Shown here: positions 1 to 12,685 of the stretch, piece by piece
Numbering within the stretch: position 1 is the stretch's first letter
How the letters are laid out: the number at the start of each line of letters is the position of its first letter
Assembly (NCBI GenBank): GCA_002633005.1
Contig: NMRA01000249.1
Coordinates: forward strand, 502,890-566,889
DNA length: 64,000 nucleotides
Direction of reading: 5' to 3'
Source of the DNA: Phoronis australis
Lineage: Eukaryota > Animalia > Phoronida
The notes under the pieces: model-generated
Seen by the model: the letters and a program-made list of their open reading frames with translations, nothing else
Told to the model about the DNA's origin: nothing
The model's database searches: none
Position numbers and translations under genes: made by a program

Positions 1-1437
1 GACTGACTGCCGCGAAGTCGACATCGGCGAGTGCCTCAGTTAACAGGCATCGGTAGAATAATCATGGAATAATCGTTAAAATAATCACAAACCTTACCTT
101 TGTATGAGGTCGTGCTTACTTCCTCTCATAGAAGCACCCTTTTTACACAATCTCAGATTCAGCTGGCACGGCTGCAAGGCATTTCACCATGTATTTAAAG
201 GGCTCGCGAAATCGAGGCTGTTAATCTATCACCACTAGTACACGCACGCCATCTAGTTATTATAGATTTTCCGAATAGCCCCATTCGTATAGTACGTATA
301 GTTTCCTGGCTCGTTAGTGCGCACGTGCTTCGCAAGGTTAACTAGAAACAGTACTCGTGTACTTTGCAACAGTTTGAAGAAGTACGATTTTCGTGGAAAT
401 TCGTCTGGTTTCGTCAAAATTATGGCAAAAATCTGGACGAAAATCAGACACAAAATTACAGTATATTATTTGAAATTCATGTGGAGTTGTTTGAACTTTT
501 CTTCAATTATGGGCGCAAAGATACATCGATTTTTTTCGAAAAGTAGTAAGTACAGTATGTACCATACAATGATGATAACAACTATCGCAGGACAGTTCTG
601 CCTCAGGTATCTTGAATTACAACTTGACACTCTCCCCAATGTCAATTTGGTGTCACAGAATGTTGAAGTTTTTTATTAAAAAATACATTAATTACTGTAA
701 TTGATGCTTTGTTTAATAGCATATTTTCAAAATGCTTCCGCCTTTAGGATTACATTTACGGTTCTACTTTGCTACCCAAGTGGCTAACCAGTATATATCG
801 CTAATAACTAAATTGGATAATCCGGGCACCGGCAACAGGAGGAGGCAGTGTGACGTTGTGTTATAAGTGCGTGGTTCCTTTTCTCGACATCGTGGGTTCG
901 AGTCACTCAGCTAACCATCGAGTCAAGTCTCAGCTCGGTTTTAACTATTTATTGATATATAAATGGTTCTATGTGATCAGTGCAATGGGCCCACCGGTGC
1001 AGCCTGCGCACGTCAGGTGAAACGTATACCAGACCCCCAGTAATTACTCCTCCATTTAAAACCAGAAATAGGTCCTTACTTTACTCTCCCAGCTCAGTAA
1101 GGCCAACTTTCATAAACATTTGATAGATGTTCGATGCCAACTTATCGTTTACAGACCAATTACATGTAAATGTCTTGGCCGGTTGACTTACCTGAACCGA
1201 TGAACTGACCAGGTGAAGCCAATGTCTAGTGCCACGTTAGGGAAAGTGGGACGACTCTATTAGTTTGGGCGAATACCGTGGTGTATTTGAACATTTAGGA
1301 TACTACAGAGTAATTGCTCAAGCAATGAGCGACTACCTGAATTAGCATTAGACCTGCACCACACGTTTATTCAAATTCCCTGTCCATGTTTTACGTTTAC
1401 AATGTTTAATTAACAAAGATTTTAATATTTTTACCAG

Positions 1438-4400
1438 TGTGCGAGGACAGGCTTCCAGATGTGCCCTGCAACACGAGTGACACGATTCGAAATAACACTG
1501 GGATTTGCATCAACACGACCGCTGACGCAGTGGCGGGAATTTGGGACGAAGAGCTGGCGAGGAACAACAGTATCGTCAGGCAGTCGGCAACGCAGCAATT
1601 CTTTGAGTAGGTTCTCAAACGTTTCGGTAACAGTAACTGGCACGCTAAGTCAGCAATAAATCGCAAAAGGGTTAAAAGCCAATGTCCAAAGTTAGTCCTT
1701 TCGACGAATATTGTTTGATTTCTTGTCCGGTCGCAGTTAAAACAACGAGGTAATAAAATACGTTTGCGCGAGCTGTAAATGCGTGATGTCTGGTGCCGTC
1801 AACCCTTAAGCAACAATCTGGATTCACAGTAAAAAAAATGTGTGTGTCCAAAGCACAAAACTGGAAAAATTGATACTGAAGACTGTGCTGATCATTTTTA
1901 ATAGGGTTCCCCGAAATTTCAGTTTCCTAGCAACCTATACTGGCAAAAAGCTTTCTCATTGCAACCATCGTGATGCAGAAACACTTAGCAATTTTAAATT
2001 TATATTCAGCCTTGTAAAGGTGCTCTGATGGTAGTTTTAGGTGAAAATATTCAAAGAAAAGTTTTCCTTCTTAGTAGTCGCTTCTACGCAACCAGTTAGC
2101 AATAGCAGCCTGTTTGCCGGCATGAAGGAATGTTTATATTAAACATTCAAAAAATGAAACTTGGCCCATTGGACAGTGATGATAATTTGAACAAGGTGTG
2201 CCAACATGTCGGTATCCTATGCTTTTAGCACTGTTTACTTGGAAAGTTCATGTTACAGCCAAAAATATAATCAAGTTCCGGACTGTATTGACTTTCTTGC
2301 TCGGAAAGTTAAGCGAAGAGGAACGTTTTTGTTATTTTGTTCTCAGTTGTTTCGATACAAGAAATTTTAATCCATCTTCTTCCAAACCCTTTAGCTACAG
2401 ATTTTTCAACTTGAAGAAGTCCACGTCTATTTCTGATATCGGAGACCTCCGGTGGGAATTGTGTGTTTGTTTGCTTGGAGCTTGGATCATAGTGTTTTTC
2501 TGCCTGGTGAAAGGAATTAAATCATCTGGGAAGGTAAGTGCCGTTCGAATGTATATTTTGGCCATTTTGTTGTCAGTAAAAAGGTGTTTGAAAAGTTAAA
2601 CATATGTCAGTATATAGATTGAAGCAACAAGCATAACTTACAGACTAGTAAACCTAGGCATTCCAAGCTTGCGTTGTGAAGGATTCGCCCGGAAACATGG
2701 AAGGGTTTCGCGATTGGGGAATCTTTAAACACACAGTATAATTAAACGAAAATTATTTCATCAACCAACACGTACAGGAACAGTGTGACACCGGGTATTA
2801 CTGGACATTATAATACAAGTTTACTGCAAAAAACGATCATCTTGTCCGGAAACGTTCAGGCGTCAACTTACAATAGTAAAGAGCTCTTTTCCTGGTTGGG
2901 ATACACGTGAACTTCACGCGAGAAGAAAGTTGGGCTTAGCCACTTTGCAACCGTTGCTCGTAATGACAAATTAAAAGCTTCTAGTCTACAGACTGGGTCT
3001 CCAAACAAGGAAATCTACATGTTTAACTGCAGAGGTATATTGCATTGATTTATCACCAATGTTTCTGAACATTTTAAACAGTTTTAAAGTCTTGAGGAAG
3101 GAAATATTCCGATACAAATGCACAATAGTTTGCTCAGAGAAGAGGAAAAAGGCGACAGGTGAATTGGTGGGTAACAGGTCACTATGCAGAAGGCCCACAA
3201 CTCCGAGAGACGACTACTAAGTACGTGACATACATGTAGTCAAATTCACAAGAAATGCGTTTTGGAAAATGTTTCATTTCGATGGTTAATTGAATGGGCA
3301 CGGAATCTGTTTGAAATAAACGTGCAGTTTTAGTGCCAAACCCTTCCTCCGAACTTGAGCAGTTTATGTTGTTGCTTCCGATCATCTGTTAATAAAGTGC
3401 ATGAACATGTAAGCTTCAGCTATTACGAAAACACACGGATGTTACCGACCACGAAAGTTAAGTTGTTGGACGTTCCGTCTTATTTTCAACTAATAAACAA
3501 TGCCTTGAATTCAGAAAATTTATCAACATTTTTATGATATCAAATGCACACGCAAGCACCAAGCATCGGCACCAACCCTCTTCTGATGAACATGGCTTTA
3601 ACACGTGGAAACGATAAAAATAGTCATTTCCCGTCAGTCGAGACAACGCCCTCTTTGATTCTACTGTAGTATTTTCCGCAAAAAATACGATGGGTGCCGT
3701 ATTTGACACCATTACCCCTGTAGGGCTCTTGCCGCCTCACTGCTGCCGAGATAAAAATTATTACGCATGGAGATTAGTTTGCCATTGGTCATCCTGGCCC
3801 CAGTAATACCAACTTTTACACCTATATGGTGAGCTGCAGTGCAGACACCAAAATTTTGAAAAGTTGGGTGAGGCGAGGTCAATTCATTTTCGCTTGTCCG
3901 ACTCGGCTGGGACTGCATGCGTTTGCGGCACCACCTTAACAAAACCACGCCCTGGGCTAGTAACTCACAATACAAGTGCTATCTTTACATGCACTGACTG
4001 TGTTAACGCATCACGGCAATTGCTAGCTTGTGACTTTATCTCCGAAACTTAAGTTGTTTGGTGACTCTTACCAGTTGGATTTCGTGACTTAGTGTGAGCT
4101 CATTTATTGGAAGTGTAGTCACTGCATGATTGTGTTAGACTGAAGTTCAGGAAAACGTCTGATCGTGAATATCTATACGTGTGTACATCCGAATATGAAT
4201 GCTCCCGTGAAAACTTGTGTCATTTTATTTCTGTTAACATTATGGACGAAAACTAATGCAAGCTGAACAAAAAATGCACTTTTCTACCACTGCCAAATAT
4301 TATACAGTAGTTGAATCCTGGGTGTGGGGAAATGCAAGATGTTCCTAGCCTAACAGCAATTAACACTTTACAGGTCGTGTATTTTACTGCCTTGTTCCCC

Positions 4401-7400
4401 TACGCGGTATTACTGGCGTTGTTTATTAACGGGATGACACTGGAAGGAATGGAACAGGGAATCAAGTTCTACGTCACGCCTAAATGGGAATTATTAGGCA
4501 ACGCAAAGGTATGCGTATTGAAGTGGTTCCATGGTGGTTTTGTTTACACGTTTCAATGCCCCGAATGGCTAAAGTGTGCAGCTTGATTGAAAACTGAGGA
4601 AAATCCTTCGTCTAATGTTTTCATTACACCTTTGAACAGTAGCTGACAAAGTTTTTTTGGTATCTGGTGCAGTTAGTCTTGGTTTGTTTCTACGGAAATC
4701 TTTCAGTGCACAAAAATGAAAAATGTCACCAGTTGTCCGATACACCAACAGGTATGGAACGATGCTGCTGTGCAAATCTTTTTCTCTTTGTCCATTGGCG
4801 TTGGTGGCCTGATGACGCTGGCGAGTTACAACAGATTCAACACAAACACATTAAGGTAAAGACATCTCCTGAACACATGGACTAAAATTCAGACGTAGGC
4901 CTACTGTAGTATTGTTAAGCCAAGGGTGTGATGGGACGATTGAGTAGTGCGTACTGGATCTTCACGTCTAGCTATAATCTGAGGTTGCATTTCCAACTGC
5001 TCCGTCGATATACTGCTGAATAAAGGAGAGAAAGTTGAAGCTATCATTGAAGCTTTCTTTCATTTAGATGAGATTTTCTTGAGTTTTGGAGACATTATTC
5101 ATGACTTCCACTTTGTACTGGATAATTAAGCCGCTTTACTGAAACTTTACGCTATACTTCAGCACTGTTTATTTTATTTGGATAAATAGGATCTGTTGTT
5201 CTTCGAGGTCAATATCCTGGTTTTCAGAACCTAGAAATAAGATTATGATGGAGGCAGAAACGTCGAGGTCATTTTCTCGTTTCGACTGAGGTATCAAAAG
5301 CATGTTGGCCTATATAATTGCATCCGCTAAGTAAGTTACGGAGTAAGCTATGTTTAGACTTTCGATCGTATGCTCATCATTCGGTCAAACAGTCACCAAC
5401 CAAGTTTTTTTTCAAACATAGGAGATGCTCTCTCTCTCTCTCCCTCTCCATCTGCCTCTCCCTCTTCATCTCCTTCTCCCTCCCCCATTACCTCCCCACC
5501 CCTCCAGGCTTTACGCTGCAAGACAATAGCTTCGCACTTGCGGTGAAAACTTATCACTAACGGAACTGGAAGCATTTCAAATCCAATCCCAAAATTCAAA
5601 ATTCCATCCTCATTTCAGTGGCCGCCATTATGCTAGGATAGGCTAATGAGGTCTTGAGAATACTAGAATAAAGCTCGCCTCTCTTTTGCGTGATGTTGCA
5701 AGGTCTAACGAAATTTTGTTTTTCTCTCACGTAACTTGTTATTAGAATGCTTGTTTGCATGTCTTTTCAGGGACTCGTTTGTGGTTGTGATTGGTAATTG
5801 CCTAACTAGTGTTTTCGCCGGCTTTGTCATATTCGCATATCTTGGTCACATGGCTCACAAGTTGGATACAACGGTGGACAAGGTGGCAGCCGGAAGTAGG
5901 TGTCACTAGTTTTTCTAGGGGTGCTGTCATTTTTGTTAGCTTTACGTCAAATAGTCTACCTAGCAAGAGTGGAAACTCACGCCAACCTCCACGGGAAATT
6001 CTGTGACCAGTGACCGTAGTGCTCATGGCGGATCCAGGCTATTGAGTTAGGGGTAGGCCATTGTAGAGTATTTGCCAGGACTTTGCCCCGTACTGTCAAA
6101 TGGAATCTGGAAGAGTTTTAAGGGGGCCATGGCCCCTTTGGCCCCTCTAAATCTGCCAGTGGCGCTATGGCGATACATGATATATAATCGGAAAGCTCAC
6201 TTGCAAGCACAAATTGTACACTAAAATGGGAGCATGCAGTTAAATCAAGGACACATTTTTTGTAGTGTTTTAAATAAACTGAGAAGTACAAGACTTTCAT
6301 TTTTAATCATTACATGGTGGATGATCACAATAAGGCCCACATTTGACGTTCGATGTTTCATGAAATCGTTTCTGTTTTAGTTAAACTCTTGTTCACGTCT
6401 GTTGTTCTGGAAGAGTGTTGCACGAGACGGGCTTTTCTATCATCAGCCTGTAGTGCGACCGAGTCTTTCCGATCGATGAATTGCAACGTTTTTTTAAATG
6501 CTGTAGTGCATCGTTGTTGATCTTAAAAGAAGTTCGAATAGTTGCACAGCTGGGTATCGTAGTCCAATCACAAATGCTCAGGGAATGCCTTAACTACATA
6601 TACATGTAGGTTATTTTGCATACAGTACCAGAGAAGTTCCAAATGAAACGAAGACGCCCTCTATTATTTTGCGGTTTTTGCATGCTCCCAATATAGAATA
6701 TATCTGGTCACGATCAGGTATTGTGCCATTTCGACTCATGTTCACGTACTGTAGATCCTCAAAAAATAAATTATTTTTGGAGTGACATTTTACCGGGCTT
6801 AGGCAACATCCTCCACCATACGAATGTTGGGAAACTTCGGGAAGGGTCTTATCATGGGCATCTGCAGTTTAAATGAAGACATTAATGTCGATTACCATTC
6901 CCACGCCTCTGTTTAATTCTTGGAATGCGGTATCAGTTTTCTTCTTGAAAATCATTTTGCAGTACGATAGCTTTAACGCCTTGAGCATTTCCCAGTTTGA
7001 CGAGTTTATTCTCTTGAACAAAACTTCTCAGAAGAGAGAAGACAATGCTTAAAGAAACACCAATGCTTAAAAAGGAAGGTCTGACAGTGCGACACAAATC
7101 ATTGTCTGATTTAGGGGGGGCCAAGGGGGCCATGGTCTCCCTAAAATTCTCCCAGATTCCTTTGGCAGTCCGGGGATGCGAATGTGTGTCGGGCAAAACC
7201 CTGGCTAATACTCTGCCCTGGCCTACCGTAACTCAAAATCCTGGGTCCCCTCCCTGCTCTTGGGGTTCAGAAAAGCCTTCACTTGTTTTAGTGCGTTTGT
7301 GTAGTGTTTCTCTAATCAGTTTAAATGAAGCATTTGTCTCGATGTCTCAACAACTTAAGTTTCGATACTTGTGGTTTGCTTGGTTCAATGATGAAAAAGT

Positions 7401-10400
7401 GGTGGACTGAATGATTGATTTATATGAATAGATTATTAGATTGTCGATTGATTGATTGGTTGTTTGATTCTTAACTCATCGATTCACAGGCGTTGGACTG
7501 GCGTTTGTGGTTTACCCACAATCAGTGATGACGTTGCCCTTTCCTCCCATCTGGTCTGTTCTGTTTTTCTTGATGCTGCTCACTCTTGGATTCGGAAGTC
7601 AGGTAAAGTAGAACATGAGCGAAAATTCAAGTAATAACCGAACAGGCATCTGTGTTTTTACTACTTGGTCAATTGTTTGCATAAACAGCTGCTGTTGAAA
7701 GTGCCCATCAGAGCAACGAAGTTTCGATGTAGGCAACTTACTACTGTAGGCCTAAACCTTGCCTCAACTTAATGCATCCTCAGATGATAAGTAGTCTCTT
7801 GGCTTTAAAACAGCAGGCGACTATGTTTTTGTTTGACACCTTGTACAGCGTTTATTCTGACCCGCCTTGTTGATCTCGGTTTCAACCAATAAAGAACTGT
7901 CGGTAATTTTCAAGAGCAGCAATCAGCTCTATGTGTAGTTTGAATAAGAAACAAGCCGAGAACAACTTTATAACTGCTAGTGCTCTAAATTACGTATAGT
8001 GGGTTTTTACATTGGAGTAGCTGTAGCTGTATGGCATTTAAACCAATTACATCAATGATACCGTTACAGCTAAAACGAAATGCTGCACACACATGGGCTG
8101 CGCCCCATAGGGGGCTGTAGGGCTATGCACTCCACTTTTTAGTGCTACGCCGCCCATGGTCTATGGCGGTGCACCACAGGTGACTGTGGGGCTTTTGTCC
8201 CACTTTTTTCAGTTCTGTGCCGTCCATTATATACCTTCTCCCTGAAGGTGTACATACACAGGGGTGTGAAGCAGCCACTAGGCGTATCAACACTCAAACT
8301 ATCGTTTTTTCAGTTTGCTTTAGTCGAAACCGTGACGACAGCTCTTCAGGACCGCTTCCCTCAACTTCGACCCAAGAAGGCTTTTGTTGTCCTCACCGTC
8401 AGTGTTCTGTTCTGTTTGGTAGGACTGAGCATGTGTACGGATGTAAGTAGAATATAGTGAATGTACCTTGATCTCGATGCTATTACTATTGGGGATCTGG
8501 CAAGTTAAAACTGAATATCTGTGGCCTTCACTCAGAAACATGCGTCTTCGTTGACTTTATGTAACGTGTGGACTACCTCTGCAGTTTGGCGCGTAAATTA
8601 GTACTATCGAATGTGAGTGCAAATGACGTGTGTTGAAAGCCAGTGAACAAACGCACCTTTTCTGACTGTGGGAACTGTGATACCTTGATGCATGTTTGCA
8701 TTCACCCGGTGGTTTATATTTTACGAGTATTTATAAACAAATATGACGTCAGAAACCGGATGAACTAGAAAGGCTCAAAAGACGATTGTATGGTGGCCCA
8801 AAGATGACATCGAACGTTGCTTTTTTAATTATCTCAATATCTCGAGATCCCGACTTAATTATCTCAGGATCTCAAAATACCTACTTATTACCTCGGGATG
8901 TGAAGATCCCGAGATAATTTTCCTCAGTGTTTCGCTGTACATGTACGTAAACTGTCTTTAGGCGGGTCGCATTGCCACGCCAGCAGAACGAATGGTTCGC
9001 ACACTTTCTCGTTTCACAAAGCCATTAGTGACACTTTTGTGGCTCATGAATCTGTATCCATGTTGCTGCCCTGGCATCGGTGTATGAAATCAATCACATC
9101 TCAATGTCTGAATAATTATTACGACGTGCAATATCCCTAGTCTCGACAACAAACGCCGAAGGTGCCTAACTCTAATATCGACACCAAAGCTATGCTGAGC
9201 TTGCCGCCCTTTGTTTTTGGGACAGCCCTAAGCTGAAAAGATCTGTCACAACTTCATTTCTATCCAAATTGGACTACTCTGGGAAACAGAAATCATGGCC
9301 TATCACGTGATATCGATCTAATAACAGTAAGAGACCCAGAGGCGGATCTACCCCTCGTAGTCGCGCGAATCATAAACCCTCCTTACTGAAAGGGTAGATC
9401 TGCCACTGAGGCCTAATGGTTTTTGCTTTTCAGTCAATAAAAACCAGTAGCACTATATGTAGTTTTAAGCATAAAGAGTATATTAATGACACGTTAAGCT
9501 GCTGTGGGGGAAGTTGTGTCCTTTCCTAATATCATATTATCTGGACTGTTGACAGATGGACCTTCTAAATATAACTGTTGTCATTGATGTTTTGTTGCCA
9601 CATGTACATGTACATGTATGATTTGCATCTTGATCCCTCTACTATACACGACTGTAGTTGGCCTTGATTGCTTGAACTTATGGTGATGTATGAGACATCG
9701 AAATGTTGCAGTTGAAAAATCTTGCTGTTCTTATTAATATTGTCACTTACTTTTCTTCGTTGAGACCACGACAGATAGAGTCGCATGTGCATTTACAAAC
9801 GAAAAAAGTTGAGTCATCTTTCTAAAAAATTCTTCTTGGGGTACAGTATAAGTAGGAACTACCAGCTTTAATGCTACAGTTTTGCTCGGGTGATACTCAG
9901 CTACATTTGTATTATTCGGCAAGGGTGCCGCTGAAAAAATAGTTCACATTTAGAACATTTCTTTTCTTGTACAAAATGCCTGACGCCCGATATTATATGC
10001 AGTTGTGCATTATACAAAAGTATGTGATCTACATCGTCTCTTCTTTTACCACATATCAATAGTCACATTCATGCATGTAACAATTTTGAAACTGTACCCT
10101 TAAATTTTTGAGGGCCCCTCGCGGGTTTCTGAGCTATTATCCTTGTCCAACCAAGGCCGACAGGTCCAAACCTCTGGTACTTTTGTTTTTGTTGTGTCGT
10201 GTTTTGTTTTTTTCCTTCATCTAGGTCCCCCTTAACTGCAAAGGGCCCCCGGGGTTGTGGACCCTCCTGCTCACACCCTCTCGGCACCCCTGATCAAGTT
10301 AGTTTGCAACGTGTTTTTATCCAAATTACTTCAAGTATTCGTTGTGGAAACCACGAGTAATTACTTGAGACTAATTGGCCTTTTAAAACAGATTGTGTTG

Positions 10401-12489
10401 ATAGAGTTGAGATCCCGGGATAACTAAGTCGGGATCTCGAGATCCCGAGATAATTAAAAAAGAAACACGCGATGTCATCTTTGGGCCACCGCACGATTGA
10501 ATTTAGTAACGTGTTGATGACGCAGCGGGGAAAGTCGAGGCTTGCAAAATGAACGAGAGTGGGACAAATCTCGATAATGTAATTCCAAAAAAATCTTAAA
10601 CGGTGTTGCCATAGTAGCGGTCAATATTGTGATTTATTGACTCAGTGATACAGTTTAGCAAGTCCATAACCTGTCCAAATCATATAAGAACACGATATTT
10701 TATTTACCCTTGTTCATAGGGTGGAGTATACGTGTTGACCCTTTTCGACAGCTACTCGGGAAGCTGGGGTCTGCTTGTCCTTGGTATTTTTGAGTGTGTC
10801 TCCATTGGCTGGGTGTACGGTAAGAGCATATTGGATATTATAGCGTTTCATTGAACACAAACATGTTCAGATTATTCAAATATAATATAGGTGTATACAA
10901 GTTTATATTAGATCGGATTTTATATCTAATGTATTATGTTTTAAGATGAGTGAGGAAAGCAAAGCTCCATTAGTCTCCTACCAGCGTTCTAACGTGGTTG
11001 ATATGATATGCAGTTTCTTAAAAACCTAAAGTAAACCTGGTATCCTAAGCACTGCACTCCTCAAAGCAAATGATAATTGCTTCCTTTTGATTGTTTTGGT
11101 CATTTTCACATCAAGGGTTCTCGAGATTCAGAAAGGATATCAAGATCATGATTGGATTCGATCCCACCATATGGTGGGCCATTTGCTGGGCTGCATTGTC
11201 GCCTGCCGTCTTGGGGGTAAGTATGTTGAGTGCTCAAGAATATTCAGAAGAAAATAGCTGGATTAGGATCAGCTAGATGGTCATCTTCCATAGATAGATT
11301 GCAGATGTTGTGACTGCTTGTGTTCACTTGTTCTGAAAGGTATTGTGTTACAAGTAATAGTCTTCGGGCGAACGCCTAAGTGCAGTTATGTTGACACAGT
11401 TAGTGCAACGCCTTTCTTTCTAGAGATCCCATACAAGAACAGCTTGTTTCGATGACAGTTAGTTCAGTTAATCATACGTCACGTGTGTTTTTCAGTTCAT
11501 TTTGATATTTGGCTGGGTCGACTTCCAACCGATAAAATACGGTGGCGAGTACATGCCTCCCTGGACCAATTTCGTGGGAATGACCCTCGTCATCCTCGTG
11601 GCCATAGCAACGCCTGTCATGGGTGTTTATCGCGTGATGAGGAACAGAGGAAGCTTGTGGATGGTACGTACGTGCTAAGGCACACACGCCAGAGAAAACA
11701 CGATCTCCATACTTACAGTACAGTATGCGTAGAGAAACGAACGCAACAACTTTACTATACACTGTATATCCGTGGTGTGTGTTCCACGTTTATGCGTTCG
11801 TATATCTGGGATATTATATTTTGTTGCTTCTGTGCAAACACTGTAAAATTGGACGCCTTACTTTCGCTAATTTTTCAAACCTCGTCCCCCAGAATGTTTT
11901 AGATACTTGATTCATTTTTTTCAACTGAATTGGGCATTTCGCTGCTGTTTAACAGTCAATGTTGACTTTTTAACAAAAGCGCGTTTGAGATTTGTAACAT
12001 CTTACCTCGTAGATCCGATCTTGAGCTGTTGTCGTATGAACCGGCTACGCAATCCTTGCCAGGCAATATGTAAATGCGACATTCTGGAACTCTGAGACGT
12101 TTCACGGAGTCGCTGATAGCTTTTATTACTGACGGCAATAGAATCCTATCATATTAAGTAGGCCTATTATTGTGAGATTTAATTTATGAGAGAATAAGCC
12201 CTAATTCGATTTTTGTTTTTAAGCAGCTAAATAGATCGAAATGCAGCTTAGAACCACATAATTTGATACTAGATAATAATCTTTGACACCTCTTCAGAAA
12301 TTGTGCACCGCATGTAAACCAAAATGGAACTGGGGCCCAGCAATGGAAATGCACCGCCGATTGGTGACGTATGTACCAAACTTTGTTTACGACATCGATA
12401 ACCCAGAGGAGAGACTGAAACATGAAGAATCCACGTGGGATTTGGAAGGACTGCATTACGCACGTGGAGAACCCAAAGTTCCGGTATAA
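1438..12489 (+). CDS. SLC6 (NSS) sodium/chloride-dependent amino-acid transporter, GlyT/PROT/ATB0,+-like; 3' portion (EL2 to C-terminus), 11 exons
   Basis: Exons join(1438-1606,2395-2533,4374-4508,4752-4855,5771-5895,7490-7602,8314-8442,10720-10819,11116-11216,11496-11663,12298-12489). All introns are GT-AG and phase-consistent. Translation has SLC6 motifs: [135 protein letters not shown]; ends EPKVPV-stop. Exon sizes 139/135/104/125/113/100/101 are typical of SLC6 genes. An alternative acceptor at 2401 is possible. TM1-TM3 exons are not in the window. Confidence 0.95.
5426..5505. repeat. CT-rich microsatellite / polypyrimidine tract
   Basis: CTCTCTCTCTCTCTCCCTCTCCATCTGCCTCTCCCTCTTCATCTCCTTCTCCCTCCCCC. 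Confidence 0.8.
6024..6161 (-). mobile_element. MITE of a CAGTGGCGGAT-terminated family
   Basis: Terminal inverted repeats CATGGCGGATCCAGG...CTAAATCTGCCAGTG. The reverse complement aligns with the copies at 7100 and 63320. Confidence 0.7.
7100..7256 (+). mobile_element. MITE, same family as 6024-6161, opposite orientation
   Basis: GATTTAGGGGGGGCCAAGGGGGCCATGG..CTAAAA..CCCAGATTCC..GGGCAAAA..TGGCTAATACTCTGC shared with the other copies. Confidence 0.7.
8789..10493. mobile_element. Non-autonomous DNA transposon with ~90 bp TIRs and a 6-bp TSD (IS3EU-like), in an SLC6 intron
   Basis: Left end TATGGTGGCCCAAAGATGACATCG...TTTTTTAATTATCTC..ATCTCGAGATCCCGACTTA matches the reverse complement of the right end (...CGATGTCATCTTTGGGCCACCGCA). 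CGATTG flanks both ends (8783-8788 and 10494-10499). No transposase ORF inside. Confidence 0.75.
9337..9408. mobile_element. 72-bp miniature MITE nested inside the IS3EU-like element
   Basis: TIRs CAGAGGCGGATCTACCC / GGGTAGATCTGCCACTG match at 15 of 17 positions. The interior matches 14305-14335 in reverse. Confidence 0.65.
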
Positions 12490-12517
12490 GTCTGTCTGTT
12501 TTTTGTAAGCTACTGAA

Positions 12518-12685
12518 TTAAAAGGATATCAAACCCGGTTTTTGGCTTATTAACGAATACTAAAAATGAATTTCCAATCCATTTGTCTAAAACAAAATTA
12601 AACTCTGTAACCGTCAACAACCCTCTGCAATTTGGAGACATTTTTTGAAAACTCCTTATGAAGTCTGCTAACCGGACAAGCGCGA
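12518..12685 (+). mobile_element. TTAA-terminated non-autonomous DNA transposon end (Kolobok-like) in the SLC6 3' UTR
   Basis: TTAAAAGGATATCAAACCCGGTTTTTGGC... aligns over about 165 bp with the reverse complement of 57333-57494. Confidence 0.6.

Noticed and set aside
93-200. Minus-strand GTAAG donors and a TATA-like sequence suggesting a nested antisense first exon
   Set aside because: No downstream exon is visible in the window; such motifs occur by chance.
317-679. 120-aa ORF as an upstream SLC6 exon
   Set aside because: No TM1-TM3 motifs (GNVWRFP, YYN, LPW..C) and no convincing splice pair.
840-915. tRNA-like B box GGTTCGAGTC
   Set aside because: No cloverleaf; at most a decayed SINE head. 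The same applies to the motif near 33548.
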